A stretch of DNA of 64,000 bases. Origin: Lingula anatina. Taxonomy: Eukaryota; Animalia; Brachiopoda. The stretch spans positions 1,054,001 to 1,118,000 of the forward strand of contig CM120649.1 in the NCBI GenBank assembly GCA_051362555.1, written 5' to 3'. Positions within the stretch are counted from its first letter, which is position 1, and each line of letters opens with the position of its first letter. Under the pieces are notes generated by a model, which did not search any database, was not told the DNA's origin, and saw only the letters and a program-made list of their open reading frames with translations. The translations under genes and the position numbers were made by a program. Positions 49,301-58,927 of the stretch are shown in pieces.

Positions 49301-51138
49301 TCCTGGCATAGAAGTTTCCGATATAGCTGGAGGTTTCTCGCTAGGTTCAGCCTCTCTTGGGACTCCTGAGAGCTTATCCTCCTCGCTGGAATCAAGAGTG
49401 GAGTTGGGGTCTGTATTTTTTTTTTTTTTTGACCCCACACAAGTTCGGTGTCACCAGAACGCAGTTCCACCTCCATAGGGTGAACCAATCCACTCCCATC
49501 TATCACCTGGTTAATGAGAGTGATGTATGGGTCTTTCCCAAGCCTGGATTTATGAGCCATTGATCCAACATACCCTGCATAGGATGCAGACTTCACGACT
49601 CGCGCAGGTGGTTTATAATTCTTAGGAAGGTGCCAGATGTTTTTTAGACACAAGCTCTCTAGATTGTAATTGGTAGGCCACCTGCTGCAGCCATACCAAA
49701 GACATGGCAAACCTACCAGGAACACGAAGCTCTTTTTAATAAACAGTAGCCATCCTTGCTATCTAAGTTCTAAAAGAAAGTTGCTGATCCCCTGCAGGTA
49801 TGCCTGAACTAAATCCTGAACAAATAGGGTTCCAGGGACTTCTATAAGAAACCCATGCTGCAGCTGAAGATTCACGTCATTTATAATAGGTGCTTCTTCA
49901 GTGCTAGTGCTGGCCATATATACCCATGCTGCAACATTTTCTGTGACAAATCTTTGACACACTGGTGAAGACAAAGCACCCACCAAGTGTGTTCTATTCA
50001 ACAATATTATTATATATCTTTAAAAGTAAAATATAATTTCACATGAAATGGGGGCAGAGAGACAGAGAGAGAACAAAACAGAAACAGAAGAATAAACTTG
50101 TCACATGGTTTTAAGACATAGGAGATGAGGCAGGCAAATAAATGGGGGGGGGGGAAGAGAGGAGAAGGGGGTCAGCCAAACAGAATCCATTTATTATAAG
50201 GTTTTAAGACATAGGAGATGAGATAAGGCAGATAAATTAAGGGGGGTGGGGTGGGGGTGGTGTTAGGGGAAGAGGTGGAGGTCAGCTAAATCATCCACAC
50301 CTACCCTTCCACTCTGGCTATCCCCTGGTCCATGATGGGTGCGAGAGCTGCGGCCAGTTCCCTCTTGATGTGCCCCACCTGGACACTGCCCACATTGTCC
50401 ACTCTCACCGCGTTAACGTCATACCTGTTGTGGGGCTCACAGACCAAAGAGACCATTTCACCTGTGTTCACCTGGAAAAGTTCTCATGTGTATAAAAAAA
50501 GGGATTAAAAAGCAAGTTGTTTTGTCATTTGGACTGCCTATTAGAGCAGAGGACGAACTACTGGTGGGACAGCTAATATTTTTGTTAAAAAATATAATTT
50601 AAAAATAAATAAATAAATGAATACAAATTAAAATTAGTGCTGATCCTGTTATTACTTGCATTTAGTATATGTGAAGGCCCTTGCTATCTGTAATATATTA
50701 TTATGTGCATGCTTTGAAATAAATAATTTTCTTATGTCAATACTAGTACTAGTAGACTAAATTTTCATCTCAAAGTTTACACCAGCTTGAGAAATCCCCA
50801 CTGGAGTCACTTACTGTGCCTCTATAATACTGCAGTCCTACCACTGTTCCCTTCATAGTGCCAAATAGTACTTCATTGTCCAAGTAATCATCGGGCTCCA
50901 CTGCTTCAACCATATCGTCAACATGATTGACCATGTGTCCTATGACATCACCGCTGCCCAATGGAGATGGTCCACGAATGAAGGATAGGTCGAGATTCCG
51001 CATGTACGCATTTGACGCAGAGTAATGCGATGTGCCTTTTCGACTTTTCTTTTTGCTTTTTCTCCAGCCATATTCGCGGTCTTCTCTGTCCCATCCGCCA
51101 TAACTGTGCCACCTTCGTTTTTTCCACCACCTCCCCAT
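5390..51138 (-). CDS. HLTF: Helicase-like transcription factor (HLTF/SMARCA3, Rad5 family), spliced; HIRAN + SNF2 ATPase + RING + helicase C
   Basis: GT-AG exons with consistent phases: 50815-51138, 50305-50471, 48871-49081, 48570-48644, 47800-48090, 45572-45770, 45161-45278, 44841-44935, 43661-44561, 43285-43415, 42381-43112, 41984-42091, 41727-41789, 41321-41415, 19882-20025, 15737-15869, 13427-13562, 12881-13060, 12329-12456, 11453-11649, 10778-10894, 10105-10217, 9626-9806, 6076-6156, 5390-5536 (sum 5067 nt). Motifs: HIRAN ([35 protein letters not shown]), motif [14 protein letters not shown], Ia [84 protein letters not shown]. The exon 14 to 15 join spans a duplication boundary. Confidence 0.88.
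6294..7210. mobile_element. PIF/Harbinger-type non-autonomous element
   Basis: 34-bp perfect TIR GGCCACACTTTTTTATTTTTATGGATGACATCCT; TAA target duplication at 6291-6293 and 7211-7213; absent from the paralogous intron near 34520. Confidence 0.88.
7434..9613 (+). mobile_element. Non-autonomous Helentron/HINE (pearl/DINE-like) element with internal 161-bp satellite (~8580-9520, ~6 copies) and a ~340-bp duplication
   Basis: 5' AACAAGGCAGCAAAGCTGTCAAATGTACAGACA; (CGGCGA)n microsatellite ~9530-9565; 3' hairpin TGTACAGACACA-TC-TGTGTCTGTACA then TAAAAA; the paralogous intron at ~34830-34850 is an empty A-run. Confidence 0.8.
10460..10812. repeat. 45-bp tandem repeat (8 copies) of the HLTF exon 21 end plus donor
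   Basis: Junction copies at 10777, 10732, 10687, 10642, 10597, 10552, 10507, 10462; encodes [13 protein letters not shown](A/V)K. Confidence 0.97.
10778..20025 (-). CDS. HLTF: HLTF exons 15-21 (motifs II/III, RING), present only in the second duplication unit
   Basis: [17 protein letters not shown]; [14 protein letters not shown]; [12 protein letters not shown]; LRRMKTQ..PLVQLP; [11 protein letters not shown]; C3HC4 RING split over exons 20-21. Confidence 0.9.
11221..11470. repeat. Repeat of the HLTF exon 20 end plus donor, interspersed with (CA)n (4 copies)
   Basis: GTGATACAGAC..GGGG|GTGAGTA(CA)n on the minus strand; donors at 11452, 11359, 11286, 11243. Confidence 0.92.
11585..12012. repeat. 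Repeat of the HLTF exon 20 acceptor plus exon start, with (TTTA)n (4 copies, ~100-120 bp)
   Basis: (TTTA)nTTCCAG|AGCTAAGTGGTCAGATGGACAG.. with the AG at 11650, 11751, 11872, 11985. Confidence 0.95.
14248..14322 (-). pseudogene. Degenerate duplicate of the HLTF exon 16 3' end plus donor
   Basis: Similar to 15713-15792; reads [17 protein letters not shown]|GTCAGG. Confidence 0.8.
14357..15712 (+). mobile_element. Same family as 28843-33209 but with only ~2 core units; a separate 3' end of the family lies at 14136-14180
   Basis: Shared 5' end (ATCAGAGAGGCGAT..TGTACCACCAGCTGGAG), core units ~14630-14930, shared 3' body. Confidence 0.75.
16300..19936. repeat. ~96-bp tandem array (~37-38 copies) built from the 3' end of HLTF exon 15 plus its donor site
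   Basis: The unit on the minus strand reads CAACAACA(G/A)GATATTGTGTTGACTACATATCAGACTGTTACTACAGATAGTAAG|GTATGG plus an A-rich spacer; the last copy is continuous with the real exon. Confidence 0.97.
20300..21137 (+). promoter_or_regulatory. Upstream region of TRIM copy B with E-box and possible 5'UTR intron (20764-21079); conserved upstream of copy C (~36190-37182)
   Basis: TCACGTGG near 20312 and 36198; GTGAGT donor and ttctctcccaccag acceptor conserved in both copies. Confidence 0.35.
21138..23090 (+). CDS. Intronless TRIM-NHL E3 ligase (RING, 2 B-boxes, coiled coil, NHL propeller; TRIM2/3/56-like), copy B
   Basis: 650 aa ORF: [23 protein letters not shown]; [19 protein letters not shown]-box1; [22 protein letters not shown]-box2; NHL repeats such as [16 protein letters not shown]. 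Confidence 0.95.
   Translation: MATARDDRDEEESLRAKITENFVSCPLCLEEYKDPTDLPCRHTFCKCCLKDYTPDLTPGSKFRCPVCQKETEVPKDGLEGFTHNFYIESLQDTVLQSTHKKKCSSCVLLSQTETVATSKCITCHDYLCDKCSPFHCGSRLTKDHRVLTFQQLHSSEYQKVIQEQQKIICPEHKGEMIRYFCSHCNVPICRDCKDLHHDGHKLISLEKAAEMVKPQLQVKFCGMEKKFEKGEKTIDIIDEILTTLQENETLVQQKIKTRAAHLRQLVDQREKTLLQELHQTTSTLRNNLQISRKNYSATCSSIKTTTDVVKNILQHGAPIDVLMLQHQLGQRLDELQSTSAVDDIPEELKLTLTTNTEVDQEISSGAGLGDVQISRQSALPKFKPQAECMLEFDTGCGLTVDISVSPYREYVTTHGQRNKVKVFSSDGTSRQEITRVSDTQLKCTVGICHSPDGRMILSGMINNKLFILSPQWEVQQTVDVNNPCGVALNNSCTKIAVAQGGEKSVSVFSIDIKGKITLTDVIKDKDGKQLFNEPYKVAYMSNGCLVVSDISQKKLHILTPSGDPLYQYTGPDNKLGRPFGVCVDAYDNILVTDCNNHCIHLVSPDGKFIKYIATQADGLANPLGCTINQDRDVVVTQGNGKVKVFQYLEK
25349..27830 (-). 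pseudogene. Duplicate of HLTF exons 9 (3' end) to 14: 27753-~27830, ~27372-27502, 26454-27188, 26057-26164, 25800-25862, 25349-25443
   Basis: Homologous to 41321-43740. Exon 9' is 5'-truncated at the duplication junction and exon 10' has lost its acceptor AG. Exons 11'-14' keep open frames and splice sites, so they may be usable. Confidence 0.75.
27822..27948. repeat. 30-bp repeat x4 at the duplication-unit junction
   Basis: CTTCCTGGACAGCAGGCTATGTAGAGCTGA; single copy at the equivalent junction 4236-4270. Confidence 0.9.
28843..33209 (+). mobile_element. HINE/Helentron-like element with expanded 146-bp satellite (~29050-32220, ~22 copies)
   Basis: 5' AACTAGAGGATCAGAGAGGCGAT..TGTACCACCAGC; 3' hairpin TGTACCGCCAGCG-CTAA-CGCTGGTGGTACA; absent from the paralogous site at ~5145. 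Confidence 0.8.
33453..35428 (-). CDS. HLTF: Second, intact set of HLTF terminal exons 22'-25' (35316-35428, 34854-35034, 34316-34396, 33453-33599)
   Basis: Same lengths and phases as 10105-10217, 9626-9806, 6076-6156, 5390-5536; open frame, GT donors and AG acceptors kept, same stop. Whether they are used is unknown. Confidence 0.75.
33814..33857 (+). mobile_element. 44-bp 5'-truncated LINE 3' end (RTE-like) with (ATG)n tail
   Basis: 13-bp target duplication ACACTGGGAACAC at 33801-33813 and 33858-33870; GTGGCCTTATGTCCCACGCGGGACGAAGAG plus microsatellite tail. Confidence 0.7.
35427..35766. repeat. 16-bp minisatellite (CCTATCCCTGTGTACA, ~21 copies) abutting the exon 22' acceptor
   Basis: Direct reading; on the minus strand most units contain TAG|GTG. 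Confidence 0.95.
35890..36053. mobile_element. Short TIR element with a 5-bp target duplication (TTAGT)
   Basis: CAGAGGC..GCCCCTG ends; TTAGT at 35885-35889 and 36054-36058; empty site in the duplicated segment near 36775. Confidence 0.7.
37183..39138 (+). CDS. Intronless TRIM-NHL E3 ligase, copy C (RING Cys40 replaced by Tyr)
   Basis: 651 aa ORF colinear with copy B, same domain order. Confidence 0.93.
   Translation: MATARNDRDEEESLRAKITENFVSCPLCLEEYKDPTDLPYRHTFCKCCLKTYISNSTPGSKFRCPVCRKETEVPKDGLEGFIHNFYIESLQDTVLQSTHKKKCRSCVLLSQTETVATSKCITCHDYLCEKCSSFHCATTLTKDHRVLTFQQLHSSEYQKEIQEQQKIICPEHKGEMIRYFCSDCNVPICRDCRDLHHDGHKLISLEKAAEMVKPQLQVKFCGMEKKIETGEKTIAKIDEILATFQENESFVQQKIKTRAAHLRQLVDQREKILLQELHQTTSTHRNNLQISHKNCSATCSSIKTTTDVVKNILQHGAPIDVLMLQHQLGQKLDELQSTSAVDDIPEELNLTLTTNTEVDQEISSGAGLGNVQISTLPALPKMKPQAVCILEFDTGCWVPGDISVSPNREYVTTHGWKNKIKVCSSDGTSRQEIRSVSHTQLKYPAGICHFPDGRMVLSDRDNNKLFILSPQWEVHQTVDVNNPCGVALNNNCTKIAVAQGSREKSVSVFSIDIKGEITLTDVIKNKDGKQLFNYPYKVAYMSNGCLVVSDETPNKLHILTPSGDPLYQYTGPDNKLGEPRDVCVDAYDNILVTDRDNHCIHLVSPDGKFIQYIATRADGLANPLGCTINQDRDVVVTQGNGKVKVFQYLEK
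44290..44410 (-). repeat. Coding 21-bp repeat (ATVSLTG)n in HLTF exon 9
   Basis: GAGAGACTGTAGCACCAGTAA x5-6, with degenerate units continuing to ~44080. Confidence 0.9.
46600..47425 (+). pseudogene. Decayed coding remnant of an unidentified element, with a degenerate PHD finger at ~46620-46745
   Basis: [26 protein letters not shown] matches the C-terminal half of a PHD finger; stops and frameshifts downstream; homologous to 49235-49905 in inverted orientation. Confidence 0.55.
47800..48090 (-). CDS. HLTF: HLTF exon 5 (SNF2 Q motif and Walker A)
   Basis: [43 protein letters not shown]; flanked by ttcag and gtaag. Confidence 0.92.
48871..51138 (-). CDS. HLTF: HLTF coding exons 1-3 (start codon, HIRAN domain)
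   Basis: ATG 51138; [18 protein letters not shown]|[52 protein letters not shown]|[20 protein letters not shown]; canonical splice sites. Confidence 0.9.
49235..49905 (-). pseudogene. Second decayed copy of the same unidentified coding element, inverted
   Basis: [30 protein letters not shown] vs [29 protein letters not shown]; [16 protein letters not shown] vs [16 protein letters not shown]; [17 protein letters not shown] vs [17 protein letters not shown]. Confidence 0.6.
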
Positions 51139-52118
51139 TGCTTTGTGCTGCCACCCTTCTTTTCACAACCCTGAAATAACGAAACAGCAGCTCTAAAACA
51201 ATTACAAAACTGCAGAATTAATGTAAATATCACTGGTTTCTTGTGCCTGGATTAGGCCACATGAAAAAGTTTTTAGCCTGGTATAGCATTGCTTAGCTGT
51301 CGCAAGACTGAGAGAGAAAGAGTACTTTGTTTCAGCGTCAGTGTCTGTACAACCTCTCTGCTCTGCTTGCTATATTGCTCCCTACAAAACTAAATCTCTA
51401 CTCTGTAATGTTTTCTGTAAGACCACAACCCATTTTACACTGGTCATTTCACTTATAGTAACTCAATGTTTAACAGGAGTGTTCTATTATCTGTCATCAG
51501 CTTATACTTGGCAGCATTGTTCAACTTCCAAGTCATTAATCTTTTTCATTAGTCTTTCAACCCAGTCTGTGTATTAATTAATTAATACTTTCTCTTTATA
51601 AACACTTGTCCTTACAAAACCCATTTGGACACGTAAATATTTCTACTTAAAGACGTGTTATAATCTTTACAACTAAATTTGGACACAGATATAGCGAGCA
51701 AAATTCACACAGACCTAAATTCTGAAACTGTCAAAATGGCCACCGTGAACACATATCAAGTCTGGGCCGGTTCACATATCTCAATATCACTCATGCATAC
51801 AGGGGCTGCTTTCTTCGACTTTATCCCTCGTGGAACTGTTTCAAAAACTACACGAATATCACTGACAAAGCAAACAGGAAGACGCAAACAATTTTCACAA
51901 CCACTTTCATTTTTTACCCATCTTTAAATGCCCTGCCCAACATTTCGTGTCTTACGAAAGAGATTTCATTCGCTCGATTTGAAAAGTTTTACTTGACATT
52001 CTTTCAGCAGCAACATTTGCCTCAAATCACTTATGAACCCCAAGATGCAACGATGAATTTGAATTTCAAAGCAAAAGACCTACGGTAAATGTAGTACGTA
52101 CCACTTTCATTTACTTAC

Positions 52119-52272
52119 CCAGCTCGAAACACGTCTTTCTTCCCGCTAACTCTGGCTGGCGAGATCCAGGGACAGATCTCGCGAGATTGGCGTGTTCTAT
52201 AAATAGCCACACTGTCAACCACGTGATCCTACTTTCGAAGAAGACCTCAACAAGGAGAGCTGTGTTGTAAGT
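52119..52272. promoter_or_regulatory. Candidate bidirectional promoter with a non-coding first exon on each strand
   Basis: Locally CpG-rich; palindrome ATCTCGCGAGAT 52176-52187; ATTGG (CCAAT) 52186-52190; TATAAATA 52198-52205; CACGTG 52220-52225. Minus-strand donor GTAAGTAA at 52111-52118 could pair with the HLTF acceptor at 51171; plus-strand donor GTAAGT at 52267. Confidence 0.6.
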
Positions 52273-55200
52273 GCGTTTTAAACTTCATAGACGCTTTTAG
52301 AACTTATAATTTAAGATGTGTATGGTCGTGTTATTGTTTTGCGTTCATGTATGTGTGCAAGTCAGGCGCTGCCATGTCGCAAGGAGTGAAAAAGATGTGA
52401 TTGAGCGATGAATGAACAAAAGTGTTTTGATACCGATTTCAATTTGTAAACATTGTGAAGCACGTGTTTTACGAAGGTGGCTCTTTTGTGAATATATTTT
52501 TTTGTTGTTTTTGCCTTTGCGTTCATTGTAATACGGCTATATAAGAATGTCACAATTTCAAGTTCTAGTGATAACGAAAGAGTATATCTGAACAAAAGTT
52601 ATCAGGTGTTCCAGCTCGTTTCCATTTTATATTTTATTCGACTGTTTCCATTTCATTGTTGTCTAATTGAAACTGATCGTCTCGAGTATAAACGTACCCT
52701 AATACATATAATATCTGGTAAGTGCACGCTAAGCTGTATAATTGCAGGTGTGACTCATCTGCTTTTGTCTGGAAAGAACAGATGTGTGGTTAGTTTATAC
52801 AATCACATGCTTGGATCATGAATGCTGAAAAAATCCTGGATTTTGAAAAATAGTTTTTTTACTAGATCAGAATATAAGAGCTGTTGGTATTTCCACCCCC
52901 CCCCCCCTCCTCCAACACATTCCTCCCTTTAAAGGCTTTCATAATGCATCAAATGAATTGCACAATAAATATATATATTTTAAAAAATCATGTTGGACGT
53001 CTTGAACAACATTGAAAGGAATTCAAAAATAAAGATGACATGCAAATTTATGACGGAGAAAAGATTTGTTCATAAATGGAAGCGGTGATATAAATGTCCC
53101 ATCTTTGTGTGTCATCCACTTCTCCGTCAGATAACCCCCCCTTCCCCCCCCCCCCTCACTGCCATTAGTCAGCATCCTAAATTTCTGAACATTTAAGGGA
53201 GATGGCAGATATAAATATGTTGGTTGTTGTATTTAAGAAGAGTTGAGCATGGATGCCATGGTATAGATAGCTGTCAAATATCAATAGTTGTTAAAAAATA
53301 AAAAAATTATGGCATTTTAAATGGTTGGTCTGATTAGGCCTGTTTAAAGGAGTTTGAATTTTTCCTCTGGACAATGCCATGGATTCTCCCCCCGGGGGGG
53401 GGGGGGGGGGGGAGGCAGAAAAGAACCGATTTACATGTAAACAGAAAACATACTGTATTTTCATTTGTACTTTTGTGTTATTATCTCAGATTGCACCAAA
53501 TGAAGACATGAAAATGAATTTCTGCTAAGTACTCGAGAGATTTATGACTTCTATTGAATAATGTAGACATAATAATTAAGTCGCGCCGGCAGATGTGACC
53601 TTAGATTGGCGTCTATGAATTGATTGATATTTATTAAAACGCACATGTCATGCTGCTCATGTTTTGCTTAAGTTCAAATTTGATTTTGGATATTTTTTTT
53701 TGAAAAACATTACAGATTATTTTTTCTTTGTCTAATAAATATTGAAAAATTTTAACTCAGATCATGCTTCATATATAGTGTTGCATTTTTGAGGACAAAA
53801 AATGACAAAAAAAACCATCAATTTTTTATGAAATTGTAAATTTGCCATAACAAAAGAAAAAAGAAAGAAAGGAAAAGAAAAAATAGAATTTTTGATAATG
53901 GTCTTTTTCAGGTCATATTATCTCCCATTCAAGTTCAAATTGTCTCGGACAGCTCAGATAAAGTGATACATTATTCTGAGGTTAAGCCACAAAAGTTCTG
54001 ATAAGGTTATGATGGGCACCATTGATCAATGAAAAACTAGTTATCTATCTGTCAAGATAAGCACCAAATGATAGAACGAACAATTACATTCAGAATGCAA
54101 TGTCTGAATTTTTGCAGCACCCTGAGTTTCAGTGACTTCAATGTGGTATTACTTAGATGATAAAATTCCATTCTCTCTCTCTCTCTCCCCCCTCCCCCCA
54201 ATGAACATTGGAGTGACCCATTATGTACACAGGGAGGATTACAAAGAAATATCATATAGACTGTATCATTGCTTTTACATCTCACATTTGTATCATTTGC
54301 TGCTTTCTAAAAGAAAAAAGATAAAAAAAATTGCTAGTGTACGTATGTAAGTCTGAACTTAAAGGAAGCCCCACAAGAATTAGTGCTCTCTTCAGTGATT
54401 CAATTTCCAAGTATTACATACAGTTTCACCAAACACTCTTAGTCATAGGCCACTCGAGAGAGAAGAGAAAATGAGAAATTGTGACTGATCTCTTTATTTA
54501 TCGATATGATAATTAGAGAAACCCTGAGTATCATGCCTTTGGTATGAAACTGTTTGATTATGAAGTTAAACATTTGCCCTGAGAGTCAGGGGGCCTAAAT
54601 TGACTATATAATTAGTCATAATGGAAAAGTGCACTCATTTGTTTATTTTTCATAAAGATTGATTCTGTGTAAATAAACAGAAGAGTATAGATCCAATAAG
54701 TCAGTGAGAATATTTACCTAAATAAGATATTGATAGCTACGTGAAGCTAGAGTTAATGATAGAAATGGTTATATGGAGCCAGAAGATTAGTGAATATCAC
54801 TTTATGCCAAATGTAATATTAAAACAGAAAAAGAAAAACTGAAAGTAAAAGACAGTGGATAGAAAAAATAATAATAGAGGATTAAAATGGCTCAATCACC
54901 AATAACAATTATATATTCAGGCCAATCACCATGAGTTCCTGAATCACGTTTCACACAGAATATTGAGCTCAAATAATGCATCATACTCGGAAAATAAATC
55001 CAATCACATGGAATGTGAAAGGTACATATTCCCTACCCTCAATCTTCCACCCCACACTTTTGTCACTATATGTACACATACTTCACTACTGGTACTATAC
55101 ATTTATATGTTGTTTTGTTCCTAGTTTTGTAGAACCACATTTAAGAGCAACATGCTATAAGCAGAATTTTTTTAAAGATGTCATGAGATTTACCAGCCAC

Positions 55201-57128
55201 CATGATAGTCTATATTCTGTTAACAGTGAGTCATCTCTGAAAACACATCTAGCTAGTTTGACTCTTTAGGGGGAAATTGCTCATCTAATCTGAACCAGCA
55301 TGGATGATGTTGTTGTTGTTGTTGTTGATGATGATGATGATTTGGATGGTATTGTGTATTTGTGATTTGAGATTGGCATGGATTTAGGACAGGGCAAGAT
55401 GGTTTTGATGTCAAAAGCATGACCCAGTTAAGCAAACAAGTATGTAATTAAATGATAAATGAAATAAAAAAACATCATAAAAATGGAAGCAATGAATGTA
55501 TTAATAATAAATAGATGTACATAAAAGATAAGACAAATAAATGAAAAAAAATGGTGCATAGATCCTAAGATATTGCAAGACCGTCTCCATTTTTGATCGA
55601 TGCTCTCACAGGTGAGAATTTGGACCAACTTGTTGTTTTATAATTGAAACAGGTGGCCTGCATTCCTTAGATTCTAAAATATATTAGACATCGCAAACCT
55701 GTATTGTTGCACGACGGCTATCCCGGCAGCAGGTAGTGAGATGTAAATGAGTCTGCACATTTTTGTTCTCACAAGTTAAAAGTTAAAAAAAACTCCCCAG
55801 CCAGATCGCATGCATTCTTTGTCTGTTTTTTCTCCCTTTTGTCAATTTTTTTCTTTAATGAGTGTTTCATAAGCAGATGGTCTCACCAAAAAATGTGGTG
55901 GTTTATTTTTCAAAAGTGTTATATTTGCTGCAGGACTTGGTGTTAATCAATGCTCGATAGATCTTTGTTTCAGTTTCAGATTATTTGATGTCGGGGAGGC
56001 TGACGGTATTTTTTAAATATAATATGTAAAGTTGCAGTTTTAGTTTGTGGCTTTTGTTGTTATTGCTGAATTTACAGTCATTAGTTAACTTTTGTCTAGG
56101 ACACATAATTCACATCTTTTGTCCTAACTTTTATCTGGAGATCCACTTTCAACTTATCTTAGACCTCATTCCCATACCTACATTGTAGATCGATCTGGCA
56201 GGATCGACCCATCTCCAAGGGGTTTCTTGTTAAATTGCTTTCAGCTTAAGCAGCTTGGATGTCTGGTAGGCCTACTTAAGCTGCTAAGCGATAGGTAATT
56301 ACCCCTCTAGCCTTACAACATTGCAATACAATCAGTGTGATAAAGAGCACTTTTCAGTTAAAATACCATCACTATGATCTGTTAAAAAAATAAACCTGAA
56401 TGTTTAACCTTGACTTGGTCAAATATACAGAATTGAAATTATAGTTGTGTGTGGTCTCCATTACAGTTATTTAAATCACAGAGTTCATTCCTTCATGGAC
56501 ACTAACTATACTCTGTATCCTGTTAGGAGCGTGACTGGTGTATCTATGATGCAATGGTATTTATTTGTCAAAGAAAAAAGTTGATTGCAGTGGGTCATAC
56601 AGAGAATACATTGGTTGGCAACGTGATATCCTTATGCAGGCACGCGAGTGTGTAATGTACGTGAGTGTGCAATGTGCGTGCATGCACAAGGATATCAAGT
56701 GCAAACTTGCGTACATCCATGGTTTTGTAGTTGAGTCCCAAATACAGAATTTAACAAAATTTTCATGAGTTTGCTACAAGTCTTCACCCCTTCAAAAACA
56801 CAAGGTATGTGCTTGATTGACAGTGCATGTGGAGAGGAATGGCCACTGTTGAAATTGTAGAAACCTCACATTTTGGTACTTATGCAGATTTGGGTGTGGC
56901 TGTTAGGTTTGTTTTAAGTGGAAGTATTCAAGGGGGGCTTTTAAACTGTGTCCTGTTACATCTGGGAATATTTGTGGGGGCGATATTTGTTTGAATGCCT
57001 CAGCAAGGGACACAGATCTGGACTGCATGGAAAGTGTCAGAGAGTTAAATGGTGGTAGACATCTTGCCTGCACCTTTTGATGCAGCACTTACCACTTCAG
57101 TGTCATTTTTATCAGTGTATACGTATTA

Positions 57129-57303
57129 GGCCACATTCAGAACAGTGCACTAACTAGTCCACGGGTCAAATATGGCCGAGCCACTTCAATACTTCCCCAC
57201 GAGATATCTATTCAGTGCCTATTAGCAGATTAGACAACAAGCTTTGTAGTGGATCGCCATATTTGACCCGTAGACTAGTTAGTCCACTGTTCTGAATGTG
57301 GCC
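57129..57303. mobile_element. PIF/Harbinger-type MITE; degenerate relatives at ~5915-6065 and ~34150-34303
   Basis: Long imperfect TIR GGCCACATTCAGAACAGTG..; TTA on both sides. Confidence 0.8.
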
Positions 57304-58927
57304 TTAAATTCTATATCTGTAATTATATAGAGGAGAGTTTGCATATTGGTACTGCATGTCTCATTTACACCCTGAGTGTAAAGCCCCAGGTGGAGCCTAG
57401 GTCCAACACACAATCCAAGCAATGGAAAAGGCACTGATTTGCAGGGTGTTAGCCATGCAGTGTCCTATACTTTTATGTATTAGATTGATATATATTTGCT
57501 TTCAGATGAGAAAAGATGATAACAAAATTTATAGACGGCCATTCTAGGATTTTATGGCACTAAGGGCTTACAAGTGGAGATAACTAAATCAAAACTGGTT
57601 TTACTTCATCTTGGCACATGTAAATTCAAATGAAATAATTTAAGCAGGGAAAAGGAGAAGGGGGTGTTTGACTCCTCCCCCCTCCCTCTCCCCCACCAAT
57701 CTCCCCTTTAACATTTGTTTATCATATCTATGTCCTATGGTATTTTATAAAGATCTGGCCAAATTGTGCCACTTTGAATGAGTAAGGATTCACAAATGCC
57801 TTTTCTTTCCCCACCTCTCCTTAGCTTCATATAAAACATTATTTACATTATGAATGCCAAGCAAAGCAAAGCACACTTTTTTTCAATTCTTGTGCCCCTC
57901 CCCCTTTCAACACAGCATTGGACCCCAGAATGTTGTGTTCTGGCACATTTTAGTATAGGGTTTTTTTTGTTTTTTTTTTTTTTTTGCTAAAACAGTTTAA
58001 AAATTGCATTTAATGTCATGTGGTTAGTCACAATGTGTAAACAGATTGGTCTGCTCTGTCTCAAAGTTTACAAAGTGTCACTTTTGTGGGGATGTTAATG
58101 ATTTGAACAGATGACGCTCACAATGTCACTTAATTCCTGGGTTAACAAAGCTTTTGGTCAGGGTTCTGTTTCACAAAAGAATCTGTCCGGTCAAAAGTTG
58201 GTCTTGAAATTTTGAGAGGGAAATATTTTGCTGCACTTTGATCCTGAGTAAAATAGTAGTTCTGAATGATGAGAATGTGGGGTTTGTTTCAGGGTTGAAA
58301 AATAGAAAATGAAATGGTCTCCTGTTTAAGATCAGTATAAACATTTTTTACCAATGCGAGATTTAGCTTTTGACTGTTTTAGTTGAAAGTTAATCTATAA
58401 CCTTTAAGAGGAAAAAAATGTTAGCCTTCTTTGAATGAAGATAAAACAGTAGTGAACTTCTTAGGAAATATTGTGCCCCTTTTGCAAAAAGTTAGTAATG
58501 GCTACTGTTTTAAATATAAGTTGTTGTATTTTTTATGACAGTGTAAATTGAAATCAAATTACACAAATTTAAGGATCAACTGTATACAACCTTAGCACCA
58601 TCTGTTACGGCGAACCAGGATCCCATAAAATAATGTGTAAAGGGGCCTTTCTCTTCCTGATCCCATTAGTATATCAATTTAATCAGATAAGTAGATCTTT
58701 TGTTCTCTTAATGGCAGATTAACTGTGTCATACAGTTAATTGAAAAGTGGAGAGCTGGAGATATAAAGGAGCCAGAGGGAGAAGGGGGGCATCTGTCACT
58801 TCACTTCTCTTTCTCTCTCATTGGTGATTCAAAGGTTTTGTTTTGGGGAAGAACCAATTAATTAGGTACATTTTTTCATTTGAAATGAATTAAGGGAAGT
58901 TGAAGGTAGATTTTTTGTTGCAACTTA

